This document shows, one piece after another, positions 18,503 through 29,019 of a stretch of 64,000 nt of DNA. The notes under the pieces are model-generated. The model saw only the letters and a program-made list of their open reading frames with translations. It was not told the origin of the DNA and made no database searches. Each line of letters opens with the position of its first letter. The stretch's first letter is position 1. The translations under genes were made by a program, and so were the position numbers. The stretch lies in contig OZ250165.1 in assembly GCA_965238005.1 (NCBI GenBank), positions 2,816,001 to 2,880,000 of the forward strand, written 5' to 3'. This DNA is from Longimicrobiales bacterium. Its GTDB lineage: Bacteria > Gemmatimonadota > Gemmatimonadetes > Longimicrobiales > Gaopeijiaceae.

Positions 18503-19726
18503 TCAGCGGATCGGTCCGGCCTCCGCGTCTCGACGCTCTCTGGCTAGGTAGGCAGCCCAGTCGTTAATCAGTCGGCGTCGGCGCTCGAACAGGTCCGAGC
18601 GCCGGTACGCCGCCTCGATCTGGTTGCGGACCTTGTGCGCCAGCGCCGCCTCCGCCACCTCGCGAGGGTGGTCCGTCTCTTCGGCCGCCCAGTCGCGAAA
18701 GCTCGACCGGAAGCCGTGCGGCACGGCCGCGATCTTCAACTCCCCGAGCAGTTCCGACAGCGCCGTGCTCGCGAATGGCTTCCCGCGCACGCCCGGAAAC
18801 ACGAGCGGGCTGCCGCGACCGAGCATCCGCGTCTCCTCGAGGATCTCCAACGCACGGCGGCATAGCGGGACCCGGTGCTCGCGGTTCCCCTTCGTGCGCA
18901 GCGCCGGGATGGTCCACACGCCTGCGTCCCGGTCGATCTCCGTCCAGACCGCCCCCCGGACCTCGCCGGAGCGTACCGCCGTCAGCACCAGCAACTCGAA
19001 GGCCAGCTTGACCACTGGCCGCGCGTTCGACGCCCGCACCGTCTCGATCGCGGACGCCACCTCACCGTGCGGCAACGCCGGCATGTGCCGGACAAGCCCC
19101 CCCTGCGCTCCGAGCACCGGACCGATCCGGTCGCACGGGTTGTCGGGCCTGAGATCCATCGCCACGGCCCACTCCATGACCGCGCGGATGCGCTGGCGCA
19201 ATTTCCGGGCGGTGGGCGGCATGTCGTGCCAGATCGGAGCGAGAATCCCGATCACGTCGGCGCTCGTCACTTCCGCAATCGGCATCTCACCGATGCGGGG
19301 GATCGCGTAGCGCTCCAGGCTCTTCAGCCAGAGCTGCGCATGCTGAGGGGAGCGCCAGCCCGGCCGCAGTTGGTTCCAGACCTGCCCCGCCGCCTCCGCG
19401 AAGGTGGGCATCGACTCGGCCCGCCGCTTCTCGGCCAGGAGGTCGCCACCGTCGCGGGCCAGCTTCCGGTTCGCGAACGCCTTCTCGCGCGCTTCCTTCA
19501 GCGAGACGAGGGGGAATCCTCCGAGCCCAAGCTCGGTTCGGCGGCCCCGGATCGTGAGGCGCTGCACCCAGCCCCGGCTACCCGTGGGCCGGACATCGAG
19601 ATAGAGCCCCTGGCCGTCGCAATAGCGTCCGGCCTGGCTCACGTTGCGGACGAAGGCGGGCGTGAGCGCGTTGTGGGGATGCTGGCCGCGCGGCTTGCGT
19701 TGCGGAGGTCGGTTGGGGAGTGTCAT
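18503..19726 (-). CDS. P4-like tyrosine integrase, close paralog of 2841-4124
   Basis: Same motif set (TAVRSGE, HGFRSSFRDW, LAH, AYRR); ATG at 19726. Confidence 0.95.
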   Translation of the reverse strand: MTLPNRPPQRKPRGQHPHNALTPAFVRNVSQAGRYCDGQGLYLDVRPTGSRGWVQRLTIRGRRTELGLGGFPLVSLKEAREKAFANRKLARDGGDLLAEKRRAESMPTFAEAAGQVWNQLRPGWRSPQHAQLWLKSLERYAIPRIGEMPIAEVTSADVIGILAPIWHDMPPTARKLRQRIRAVMEWAVAMDLRPDNPCDRIGPVLGAQGGLVRHMPALPHGEVASAIETVRASNARPVVKLAFELLVLTAVRSGEVRGAVWTEIDRDAGVWTIPALRTKGNREHRVPLCRRALEILEETRMLGRGSPLVFPGVRGKPFASTALSELLGELKIAAVPHGFRSSFRDWAAEETDHPREVAEAALAHKVRNQIEAAYRRSDLFERRRRLINDWAAYLARERRDAEAGPIR

Positions 19727-19912
19727 ACCCGCCAATATATCCACCATCATATAGTGGATGCAAGGGTGTGTAACGCGTCGGTACGGGACAGGGAATACCT
19801 TCATGTCTCGTGGTAAGTCAATATAAACAAGTCAGTTATGTGCGTTACGGGCCTTGGCTGGACATAATGGTAATATCCTACCATGCAGCCCTCCGGGAAG
19901 GGTGTCGGACCG

Positions 19913-20616
19913 ATGAGGCCCTGGACGCTCCTCATCATCGGGGTGGCCCTGACGGCGGCCACGGTCCGCGCGTTCCTGGCGCCGTTTCCGGGCATCGGCG
20001 GGAACCCCGTGCTGGACCTGATCGCCTACCACGACCCGGGCCTGCACACGGTGATCCACGTCTGGTACTACGCGGCGCCAGCCGTCGCCTTGCTGCTCGC
20101 CGGCAGCGTCTGCCTCTCGGTCTCGAGGGTCTGGCTCGAGCCGCGTACCCGGCGCGGCGCTCGCGGGAAGCTGCCCGCCTGGCCCACCTCGGCCGGCGAC
20201 GAGGCGCCCTCGCTCGTCGTCGGCGAACTGCACCATCCGACCGTGCCGCGCGAGAGCGAGCGGCCGTCGTGGCTCGTCGTCCCCGAGAAGGGGCTCTACA
20301 CCGGCATCCTCATCGTAGGGGCCGTCGGCACCGGCAAGACCACCGCCTGCATGTACCCGTTCGCCCAACAACTGCTCTCCTGGCGGGCCGACGAGCCGGG
20401 CCGCAGGGCGGGCGCGCTCGTGCTCGAAGTCAAGGGGGATTTCTGCCACCAGGTCCGCCGCATCCTGGGCGACGCCGGGCGCGGGGACGACTACCTCGAG
20501 ATCGGACTCGACGGCTCGTGGCAGTGGAACCCGCTCGACGATCCCCTGCTCGACTCCTATTCGCTCGCCTACGGCGTCGCGTCCCTCATCAACCAGCTCT
20601 TCGGCAAGAGCCGGGA
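19913..20616 (+). pseudogene. VirD4/TraD-like coupling ATPase, N-terminal part only
   Basis: Two TM segments, Walker A 'GAVGTGKT', 'LVLEVKGD', 'WNPL'; protein-like sequence stops after 'NQLFGKSRE'. Confidence 0.75.
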
Positions 20617-20726
20617 AACTCCTCAGCAAGCTCGGCCTGAGCGGCGACGGCGGCTCCTGGCTGCGCGGACCGGCCGACCGCGACCCGGCCGCGGTCGAAC
20701 TCTGACGACCCGGAGGACTTTAGCCC

Positions 20727-21041
20727 ATGCAACCTTGGAAGATCAGCGCGGGACTCACCGCCGCGATAGCCGGGACCGCCTTCCTCCTCGGCGGCGCCCA
20801 CCTCGAATACCTCGCACCGTTCTGGCCGGTCATCCTCGCCGAATACGGTGTCTTGCTCTCCCTACACCTCGCACTCGCGCTCACAACCGTCGCGGCCGCC
20901 ATCTACGCCGTCGCGCGCGCCACGGGGCTCGCCGACCTCGGGCGCCGCGTCGATCTCGCCGAGCGCTCCGTTCGGCGCGGCGAGGGGGACCCGGCCCTCA
21001 CCGAAGCGCTCCGCAGGGACGCCGAGGGGGACTGGGAGTGA
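20727..21041 (+). CDS. Small membrane protein
   Basis: Two hydrophobic helices, RBS. Confidence 0.65.
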   Translation: MQPWKISAGLTAAIAGTAFLLGGAHLEYLAPFWPVILAEYGVLLSLHLALALTTVAAAIYAVARATGLADLGRRVDLAERSVRRGEGDPALTEALRRDAEGDWE

Positions 21042-21047
21042 ACGCGC

Positions 21048-21437
21048 ATGAGTGAGAGAACATCCGTCAAGGCCCTGCCCGCCAACTGGCGCAGGCACGC
21101 CAAGGCGCTCCGACGCTACGGGGGCGAGACTCCGGCCACCGCGCTCGAAAGCTGCGCCGCCGAACTCGAAGCCACGCTCGTCGAGCGGGACGAGACCACC
21201 TTCTCGCTCGTCGAGGCGGCCACGGAGAGCGGCTACTCCGCCGACCACCTCGGCCGCCTGGCCCGCGACGGCAGGATCCCCAACGCCGGACGCCCCGGCG
21301 CGCCCAGGATCGCCCGCGGAGACCTGCCCCGGAAGGCTCACGCGCCAACGGAGCCGCGACTGGCGGAGCAGCCCCGCCGACGCGACGTTTCAAACGTGCA
21401 GATCGTGCAGTCCATCATCGAAAAAGGAATCGAATGA
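21048..21437 (+). CDS. Excisionase-like HTH protein
   Basis: 'SLVEAATESGYSADHLGRLARDGRIP'; coupled to integrase. Confidence 0.7.
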   Translation: MSERTSVKALPANWRRHAKALRRYGGETPATALESCAAELEATLVERDETTFSLVEAATESGYSADHLGRLARDGRIPNAGRPGAPRIARGDLPRKAHAPTEPRLAEQPRRRDVSNVQIVQSIIEKGIE

Positions 21438-22606
21438 TGGCACGCACGAAACGAGTCCGGCGCAGCTATGGCGCCGGCGAATGGGGCCGGAACCGGGTAC
21501 GGGTCTTTCCCGATCCCAAGACCGGCTTGTACCAGATCGAGTGGCGCGAGGACGGGCGCAGGCTCACCCGGTCGCTGAAACACCGCGACTGGAGGCGGGC
21601 GAAGCGGCAGGCGGACGAGGTCGCCGCGGGCTTCGCCGGGCCGGAGCTGAACGGCAAGAAAAACGCCGAGCCCGAGCCGCTCACCCTGGAGACGCTTTTT
21701 GACATCTACGGTGAGGAGGTGACGCCCACCAAGGGCAGGCATTCGCGGCAGCACGACAGGGCCGCGATGAGGATGTTCCTGGGTTGCTTCGGCAGGGACC
21801 GAAAGCCAGTAACGCTCTCACAGCGGGACTGGGACCGGTTCATCCGGGAGCGTAGGGCGGGCAGGGTCGGGCCGAGCGGGAAGCCCGTGTCCGATCGAAT
21901 GATTGAATACGACCTGAAGTTCCTGCTCGCGATCCTCAATTGGGCCGCGAAGTCGAGGGACGAGGAGGGAAGGCTCCTCCTCGAGTCGAACCCGCTGAGG
22001 GGCTTGAAAACGCCCAGGGAGAAGAATCCGAAACGAGTGGTCCTCATCCAGGCGGAGTACGAGGCTTTGCTCCAAGTGTCTCGCGCCTTGGATTGGCGGT
22101 TCCGCGTGGCGCTGGTGATCGCGCACGAGACGGGACACCGCATCGGTGCCATCCGCCAGCTCCGGTGGTCGGACATCGACATGGAGGGCAAGACCATCCG
22201 ATGGTGTGGCGAGCACGAGAAGACCGGTTACGAGCACCGGACGCCCGTGACGGCCGAGGTGCTCGCCGTCTTGGACGAAGTGCGGAGACAAAACCCCGGG
22301 ACCGGGGACGTTCCTCTGCTTCCCGCGCCGAAGGACCCCTCCGTGTGTGTGGGCCGCTGGCTCACCCGTGGCTGGTGGAACAAGGCTGTGGCGCGCGCCG
22401 GGTTGCAACCCAAGCGTGGGCGGGGCTGGCACTCACTGAGGCGGAAGTTCGCTTCGGACCTCATGAATCAGCCGCTCAAGGTGCTCTGCGAACTCGGCGG
22501 CTGGAAGACGGCCCAGACGGTGCTGCAGTGCTACCAGAGGGCCGACGAGGGGCAGCTCAGGAAGGCCCTTGGGCACCGGCGGAGGGCCGTTTTTCCCGCC
22601 AATTAG
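21434..22606 (+). CDS. Tyrosine integrase (second family)
   Basis: 'TGHRIG', 'HSLRR', 'GGWK', 'CYQ'; adjacent to tRNA. Confidence 0.92.
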   Translation: MMARTKRVRRSYGAGEWGRNRVRVFPDPKTGLYQIEWREDGRRLTRSLKHRDWRRAKRQADEVAAGFAGPELNGKKNAEPEPLTLETLFDIYGEEVTPTKGRHSRQHDRAAMRMFLGCFGRDRKPVTLSQRDWDRFIRERRAGRVGPSGKPVSDRMIEYDLKFLLAILNWAAKSRDEEGRLLLESNPLRGLKTPREKNPKRVVLIQAEYEALLQVSRALDWRFRVALVIAHETGHRIGAIRQLRWSDIDMEGKTIRWCGEHEKTGYEHRTPVTAEVLAVLDEVRRQNPGTGDVPLLPAPKDPSVCVGRWLTRGWWNKAVARAGLQPKRGRGWHSLRRKFASDLMNQPLKVLCELGGWKTAQTVLQCYQRADEGQLRKALGHRRRAVFPAN

Positions 22607-22656
22607 CGGGAATCAATTAGCTGGAACTCCACCTCGAAATCCCGTAAGTTCAATAG

Positions 22657-22730
<74 letters not shown>

Positions 22731-22924
22731 CTTTTTAAGTACTAGCCCCGTAAGACCTTAGGGCTTGGCCGGCGGCTCGCCGTAAGGGCGCGGTGACATT
22801 CATGGTGGACAACCTGGCCATTGGGTTGTTCCCGGTACTGGTTACACTGCTGGGCTCGTACGTGAACTTTTTACAGGCAAACCCGGCGATGTTTGGAGTG
22901 GTGGCGGGAATCTACTGGGCGCCG

Positions 22925-23430
22925 TGTACCGGTTCCGGTTTGCTGGACAAGTCGGCGGCCTAATCAAGCCGCCTTCAGGGTGAGCTCCTGACGGACCTGG
23001 GCCGGGGTCCGATACCCATGCCGCTCTAGGAGCCACCCGCGGTTGTAGCGTTCGATAAACGCGTCGATCTCCTGTCTGGCCTCCTCGAGACTCTTGAAGT
23101 CGTGGAGGTACAAGCACTCCTCCTTCAGCGTCCGCATGAAGCGCTCTGCGACGCCGTTGCACTCCGGCTCTCCCACGTACGAGGCCGTCGAGCGGATCCC
23201 GAGCCAGGCCAGCTCCCCCTGGAACTGATGCGCCGTGTACTGCGGTCCCCAGTCGTGCCGTAGGCCGAGCCCCAGAGCGATCTTGGGCGCGTAGTCGTCC
23301 ATGTGGGTCCGTACGCCCTGGCGGATCGGCTCGAGCGCTGCCCACCGATCGCCCTTCTTCGCCACGTGCCAGCCCACCACGTCCGTGACGCAGTGATCCA
23401 CCGCCACGAAAAACCAGCACCACCCAGCCG
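22925..23430 (-). pseudogene. IS3/IS481-superfamily transposase 3' fragment with IS end
   Basis: 'HDWGPQY', 'NGVAERFMRTLKEE'; same end repeated at 27652-27762. Confidence 0.85.
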
Positions 23431-23494
23431 CTGCTTCGGAAGATCACGGTTCCGCGGTTTGCGTCTTAAAGGCAGACGGAGAAAGGCGCAGCGG

Positions 23495-24841
23495 CTACTG
23501 TAGTGACACCCATATGGAGCCCTCGGACAGGCGAACCGGAAAGATCGACAGAGGTCGTTGGTTCTTGCTCACATCTCCTGCCTCTTCATGGCCTAGCGCC
23601 GTGCCATCCGCCGCCAACGCTCCGGTCCACACCCGTATCTCACCCGTCTCCAGATCGAAACAGCTCTCGTGCCAGCGGCAAGTGATGGAGTCGTCATCTC
23701 CCACCTCGCTATCGTTCAGCGGAGGCATCAGGTGGGGGCAAGCATTGTTGATTGCATGAAGACTGTCCGCCGTACGTATGAGGAGGAGATCGAACTCCTC
23801 GAGTTCGACGACCTTACGCGTGCCGATGGGCAATTCGGCCTCGCTGAGGACGCGCACCCAGTCCAGGCCTGCATATCTGTGCCTCGTCTCGTCTGGTTCT
23901 TCGACCTCGTCCGACAGGGCCGCCGCGGCCGATGGAGCCAGTCCCGAGATCTCGTATAGGCTCCAGCGCCCACTCGCCCCGGGCAGCTTTACCCGCACGA
24001 AGTCCTCGATCGTCACGCTTTCCTTCACCTCTTTGTACAGATCTTCGGAAACGAGCAAGCGGGTGTCGGCGGATTTGTTGGCGGCCTCGATTCGGCTGGC
24101 GACGTTGATGGTCTCACCGACCCCAGTGAGCTTCTCCGTCTTGGCGGATCCGACGGTACCGATCACGGCCGGGCCGTAATGCATACCGATCCCGACGTCG
24201 AAGCTTTGGCTGTACATCGCCTCCAGGTAGGGCTTGAGGCGATCTACCACATGGAGGATCTCCATCGCGGCCATCACACCTCGCAAGGGCGCGTGGGCGT
24301 CGTCCTCGATACCGAAGAGAGCCAGGACGCCATCCCCGTAGAAGTCGACGATATAGCCGCCGTTGCGCTCGATGACATCGCCTACCTGGAAGAAGTAGCG
24401 ATTCAGGATGAAGATGACGTCGTATGCAGACAGGGTTTCGGTCAGGGCCGTGAAACCACGTATGTCACAAAACAGAACGGCGACGTTCTTGACTGCGCCG
24501 CAACGCCCCAAGCGCTTCCGCGATAACTGGCTGGTGATCTCTAGATCCGTCTCGTCGAGCACTAGGCGTCGGAGCTTCACGTCGCCGACTACCTTGGTCT
24601 GGCAAGCCAAGCGTACCTCCGGCCCGAACCCGAGTCGATCTGCGAGGGAGCGTTCCCGATCCGAGCGTGCGACACAGTTCTCTAGTCCCTCCAGGATCCA
24701 GACACGGCAAGTGGAGCATCTGGCGTGGCCGCCGCACGCGTGTGCGTGTGCAAGGTTCGCCCGAAGTGTCGCTTCCAGAATCGTGTCGCCGTCCCTGGCA
24801 TCGATTCCCTTCCGGTCGGGAAGGCATGTGATTTTTGGCAT
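23495..24841 (-). CDS. 2Fe-2S ferredoxin / class III nucleotide cyclase / Rieske fusion
   Basis: 'CGGHARCSTC...RLAC'; 'FCDIRGFT', 'GDG', 'NVASR'; 'CPH...CRWH'. Confidence 0.88.
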   Translation of the reverse strand: MPKITCLPDRKGIDARDGDTILEATLRANLAHAHACGGHARCSTCRVWILEGLENCVARSDRERSLADRLGFGPEVRLACQTKVVGDVKLRRLVLDETDLEITSQLSRKRLGRCGAVKNVAVLFCDIRGFTALTETLSAYDVIFILNRYFFQVGDVIERNGGYIVDFYGDGVLALFGIEDDAHAPLRGVMAAMEILHVVDRLKPYLEAMYSQSFDVGIGMHYGPAVIGTVGSAKTEKLTGVGETINVASRIEAANKSADTRLLVSEDLYKEVKESVTIEDFVRVKLPGASGRWSLYEISGLAPSAAAALSDEVEEPDETRHRYAGLDWVRVLSEAELPIGTRKVVELEEFDLLLIRTADSLHAINNACPHLMPPLNDSEVGDDDSITCRWHESCFDLETGEIRVWTGALAADGTALGHEEAGDVSKNQRPLSIFPVRLSEGSIWVSLQ

Positions 24842-25269
24842 CGGCTAGTGACCCATAACAGCTGAACGTTAAGCGACGTTGATCGGTCGCGAGGGTCATC
24901 ATACTGCCATTTGAAAGGATGAACGAATCATTAGCTCGTCCTTTCAGCGAGCCCGATCACGCCTGCGGCGGGAACATCACGGTGATCAGCCGGGCCTAAG
25001 GCAGCTAGGTTCCTTCAGGGTCCTAACGACCCACCGCGTGCGCTTCCGGTTCAAGAGAGTGACTAGGAAGCTCAGTAACATCGCACGTGGCGACATGGAG
25101 GATCGAGTTGATCGATGCCTAACAGGGCGGGTTCGCTCGGCGTGACGAGAAACCTGTAACACAACCTGTATCATCGCCCACCAGCGCTCATGAGCGCCCA
25201 CGAGCGCAGAATAGGCCAAATCCTCCGATTTCCAGCGCCCACGAGCGCCCACGAGCGCTCGACTCATAT

Positions 25270-25313
25270 CTGATAAGCGTGAGGTCGGAAGTTCAAGTCT
25301 TCCCAGGCCCACT
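25270..25313 (+). repeat. att-like copy of tRNA-Ile 3' half
   Basis: 41/44 identical to 22689-22732. Confidence 0.92.
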
Positions 25314-25397
25314 GTTCCAAGAGTAAGCCCCGGCACCAGTTACGGTGTCGGGGCTGTCTTGTTGGAATTGTCCACGTGTCCGAAACGTGTCCTGGAT

Positions 25398-25860
25398 TCA
25401 GCTTGCGTTGACTGCGGCCAAGACCCCTGCGGGGTCTGCATGTTGATACGACAGCCGCAAAGCCTGTGTGTCTTTCCAGCCACCGGCCGCCGCTACGTCC
25501 GCGTCCGGCAGGCTCTTCCGCTCGGTCGCCCAAAGGCGTCTGTAGGGATGAAAAACCCCACCCACGAGCTTGGGGAGTCCGGCGAGTTTCTCGGCTTTGA
25601 GCACCCACTTGGCGACGGTGTCACGTCGAATCGGCCTGGAGTCGTCCCTCGGGGCTGGGAATAGTGGTGCGTTTCCCATTCGTGGGCGTTTGCGGCGGTC
25701 GCATGGGCATACCCTGCTGGGGCAGCTTCGGGTTTGGCGCAGTTCAGCCGAAGCAATCAACCCGCACTCCTCGCCTCCCTTCGCATCTCACACCAAGCTG
25801 ACGCTGCGTCGATCGGGGTCCGAGTGTCCTTCGTGGTGGCTCTTTCGGACATGACGTACC
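25398..25860 (-). pseudogene. Tyrosine integrase C-terminal remnant
   Basis: 'FHPYRRLWATE', 'AGGWKD', 'SYQHAD'; frameshifted upstream. Confidence 0.8.
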
Positions 25861-25873
25861 TCCATACCGAGCC

Positions 25874-26488
25874 TCACACCCCCACGGCCGCGATCGGGAT
25901 CCGCACCTCGGTCCGCTCCCAGGACAGCACCATGTGGGCGCCGCCTTCGGCGGTCTCAAACGCGATCGTGAACTGATCTACATCCTCCGCGAGGGAGCCC
26001 GAGGGAATTTCGACAACGAGCACGTCGTCGGCTTCGTCGTAGCTCGGGGTGACCTGGCGGGTCTCGGCATCGAACCGGCCGGTTCCGTCCATCCCGAGCT
26101 GCGTGTTGAAGCGCACTGTCCAGCTCGATGCCCCGGGAACGGTGAAGACTGAATAGGTGCCGGCTTCTAGCCGCTCCCCAGCGATCAGCACGGGCCGCGT
26201 CACGGTGATTTCGGTCGCTTCGTTGGCGCCGGTCCTCCAGAGCTCTCCGAGCGGCACCAAATACGTGCCCCCGTCCGCTGGGTTACCGAATACATCCCGC
26301 CCGCGCACGTAGGGCCGGCCGTACGTCACCTTGACATACGTATCGCCGACGAAGGTCTTGGCGATCCCGACGGGGGAGGGGCGCCGGGAGCGGTGGAGAT
26401 CCTGTGCGGCGCCGCTCTCGGCGGAAAGCACGACGGCGGTCAGCGCGAGCAGGACCAGCAGCGCGCCGGCAGGGAATCGGTACGTCAT
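25874..26488 (-). CDS. DUF2911-family secreted protein
   Basis: 'RPSP', 'TYGRPYVRGR', 'WRTGANEAT', 'LSWERT'. Confidence 0.88.
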   Translation of the reverse strand: MTYRFPAGALLVLLALTAVVLSAESGAAQDLHRSRRPSPVGIAKTFVGDTYVKVTYGRPYVRGRDVFGNPADGGTYLVPLGELWRTGANEATEITVTRPVLIAGERLEAGTYSVFTVPGASSWTVRFNTQLGMDGTGRFDAETRQVTPSYDEADDVLVVEIPSGSLAEDVDQFTIAFETAEGGAHMVLSWERTEVRIPIAAVGV

Positions 26489-26693
26489 GGTGCGTCTCCA
26501 GCGTAGGTGGAAGAGAACAGACAGCGGAACACCAAGCCGCGGCTGCGTGAAGTCCGCCGATCGAACCGGAAAGTGAACTCCTCTGGCCTCCTCCACGAAC
26601 ATGCCCGCGAGCCGGAAGCCATGGACCGCATCCGCTGCGCCAATTCTACGGTCGTCCGGCTGGTGTGGGAAGATGGCCGAGTGAGCACCCATT

Positions 26694-26871
26694 GTGCGCC
26701 GGGATAAACCGGCATGGAGAAGCGGATGAAAGAGCCGTACACCGAAGAGCTAGCGACTCACGGTGGCCCCGAGTCATGCGTGGGTGTCAGCGAGGGCATC
26801 GGCGAAGCGTTGACAGGGGCTCGTGTAGGCGAGGTATCGAGCCGCGAAATCATTCCTTCGGGACGCCGACA
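26694..26871 (+). ncRNA. Group II intron 5' fragment (part of domain I)
   Basis: GTGCG start, then GGCCCCGAGTCATGCG, GAAGCGTTGACAGGGG, GAGCCGCGAAA blocks. Confidence 0.7.
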
Positions 26872-26876
26872 GGGTA

Positions 26877-27173
26877 ATGGGCTTGATACCGGGCTGCCTA
26901 CTGTGCAACACGGCCACCGAACTCGGAGCTAGCGATCCCGAAATCGCCCGCCGCGTGGAAGACTATTTTCAGAGGCTCGAGCAGGCCTTTATCTCTTGCC
27001 TGACGCGGGCGAAGAAGCTCGATGAGATCCAAGGCAGCCCCGCCGAGCTCCGCGCACGTGCGCTTATGACGCGATCTAGTATCCAAGGGATATTAGTGGC
27101 GCTCCGACTCTCCAAAAACGAGCGGCAGGCTCGACGCACACTGGCAGCGGTCGAGTCCTATTGCCTCGATTAA
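26877..27173 (+). pseudogene. TetR-family C-terminal fragment
   Basis: 'GCLLCNTATELG', no HTH. Confidence 0.65.
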
Positions 27174-27249
27174 TGTGCCAACGCTCGTCATGGCCGGCGA
27201 CCACGACCTTATTTTCGATGAGCACCCCAGCTTCGGCCGAGGTACCTCG

Positions 27250-27650
27250 TCACTTCGCTGCCTTGGCAGCTGCCTTCACCATCTCGCTCAACGTTGGATG
27301 GGCGTGGACGGACTTCCCGATGCGCTCGATGCGGCCGTGGTCGTGCATGGCCGCCACGACCTCGTGGAGCAGCTCGTCCCCGTGAAGGGCCAGGATATGA
27401 AATCCGAGGATTTCGCCATCGGCTTGATTGACCACGGCCTTGAGCCGGCCACGGGGATCCCCGATCGCAAGGGACCTGGCGCCCTGGACTGGGACGCTCC
27501 CCACCGCCACGTCGTAGCCCTGCTCGCTGGCCTCGGTCTCCGTCAGACCTACGGCGGAGAGGGCCGGATCGCTGAAGATGACGCGTGGCACCACCCGATA
27601 GTCAACGCTGCGCCCTGTCCCCTTTACCGCATTGCGAGCGGCGATGGTCA
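27250..27650 (-). pseudogene. Pyridine nucleotide-disulfide oxidoreductase dimerisation-domain fragment
   Basis: 'VPRVIFSDP', 'VGLTE', 'HAHPTLSE'; cut by IS end. Confidence 0.8.
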
Positions 27651-27651
27651 G

Positions 27652-27762
27652 TGTACCGGTTCCGGTTTGCTGGACAAGTCGGCGGCCTAATCAAGCCGCC
27701 TTCAGGGTGAGCTCCTGACGGACCTGGGCCGGGGTCCGATACCCATGCCGCTCTAGGAGCCA
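27652..27762 (-). mobile_element. Second copy of IS end (same as 22925-23035)
   Basis: Direct sequence identity. Confidence 0.85.
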
Positions 27763-27988
27763 TTGACACACCCCGAGCAAATGAGGATGAGGACGAAGCG
27801 GGACTGAGCTAGGCGCATGACGACTCTCCTCCAGCGTGCCAACGGGCTGGCATCCGCCTAAGATGCACTTTTGCGCTCAAGTCGCGCCAGTGGGGAAATC
27901 CCTGATATTTACGGGTTTGGTGGTGCGAATGCTAGAAGGCTCCGAACATCCAGAGAATGGATTCCTTCGATTGGGGGGCATCGGGACA

Positions 27989-28175
27989 CTATACCCACCG
28001 GGCCAACTCGATCACGCCACACGAAATCCTAGCACCTGCATTTCCCGCTGGCTGAGAGGTCAAGTCGTCCTCATCAACATGCAGGATGAAACCCTTGCCA
28101 ATTATCGAGTTGGCACCATCAAAGGTCAATATGATGTCTACGAATTCAGCCTTTGCACCGTCATGGGCGTCGGCC
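27989..28175 (-). pseudogene. Cu/Zn superoxide dismutase C-terminal fragment
   Basis: 'SIIGKGFILHVDEDDLTSQPAGNAGARISCGVI'. Confidence 0.8.
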
Positions 28176-28319
28176 CTCACCTGCTTGACCGTCTCACTCG
28201 CAAACGGCACCGGCCACTCCCCCGCCTCATCCGTCTCCACCTCGGACTCCTCATGCTCCTGCATCATGCTCAAAAACCAATCGTGGGCCTCACGGGCAGA
28301 GTGGATGCCGTAGCGAGAG

Positions 28320-28488
28320 TGACGACAACCGCAGCCAATTCAGGTTTCAAGACCTTGAGCGCGACCTTCCGCTCGTGCTTCAGGTCATCGGCCAGGAAGA
28401 CCGTGGCCATGCCGCCTTCACCGAGCTCACGCTCGATGGCGTAGCGGCCTTCGAGGGCGGTGTTCAGGCGGACAACTGGATCGGACAC
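28320..28488 (-). pseudogene. Ser/Thr kinase N-terminal fragment
   Basis: 'RELGEGGMATVFLA...VALKVLKPEL'. Confidence 0.85.
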
Positions 28489-28555
28489 GGGCGCACTCCG
28501 GGATCAGACCGAGGTCAACATCCGAGAGCAGAGTTGATCCTGAGTGGCATGATCA

Positions 28556-28876
28556 CTAGTGGATCTGAACATCATTAACGTACCGCCCCTCGCTAAAATC
28601 AGTGAAGTAGCGCTCAACTAGGGGATGTTGAATGGGGAGGCCACTGTGATCTGGTTCGAGGTTTCGTTCGGCTACATACGTTTGATGTTGGGCTCTGTGT
28701 GGCAATACGTGATACCAAGGATGGTGCTTGGGTGGCCTCGAACGGGCTACGGCTTCGTACCATGCCTCGGTTCCTCGAAACTGCGTATCGACATCAACGA
28801 TCACACCTCGGTAATCGAACAGTTTGTGTTGCACCACGTCACCAACTGAAAAGCGTGCACTCGGCATCCTTATCAT
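28556..28876 (-). CDS. hspQ: Heat shock protein HspQ (YccV domain)
   Basis: 'FSVGDVVQHKLFDYRGVIVDVD', 'PWYHVL', 'TYVAERNL'. Confidence 0.88.
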   Translation of the reverse strand: MIRMPSARFSVGDVVQHKLFDYRGVIVDVDTQFRGTEAWYEAVARSRPPKHHPWYHVLPHRAQHQTYVAERNLEPDHSGLPIQHPLVERYFTDFSEGRYVNDVQIH

Positions 28877-29019
28877 TGATTCATGGCCGATCCCAATAAG
28901 CGACCGCTAACGTCTCTGCGATTCTGATCTTATAAGGCGAAGGGCTGGCCTCACTCGGGCTGGGCGTTACGCTGGGCTTACTCAAGGTCCTGCGGCACCC
29001 GAACCCAAGGAGGCCAGCC

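Noticed and set aside
19883..21055. 390-aa ORF as a complete coupling protein
   Set aside because: After ~20616 it is low-complexity read-through overlapping the 20727-21041 gene
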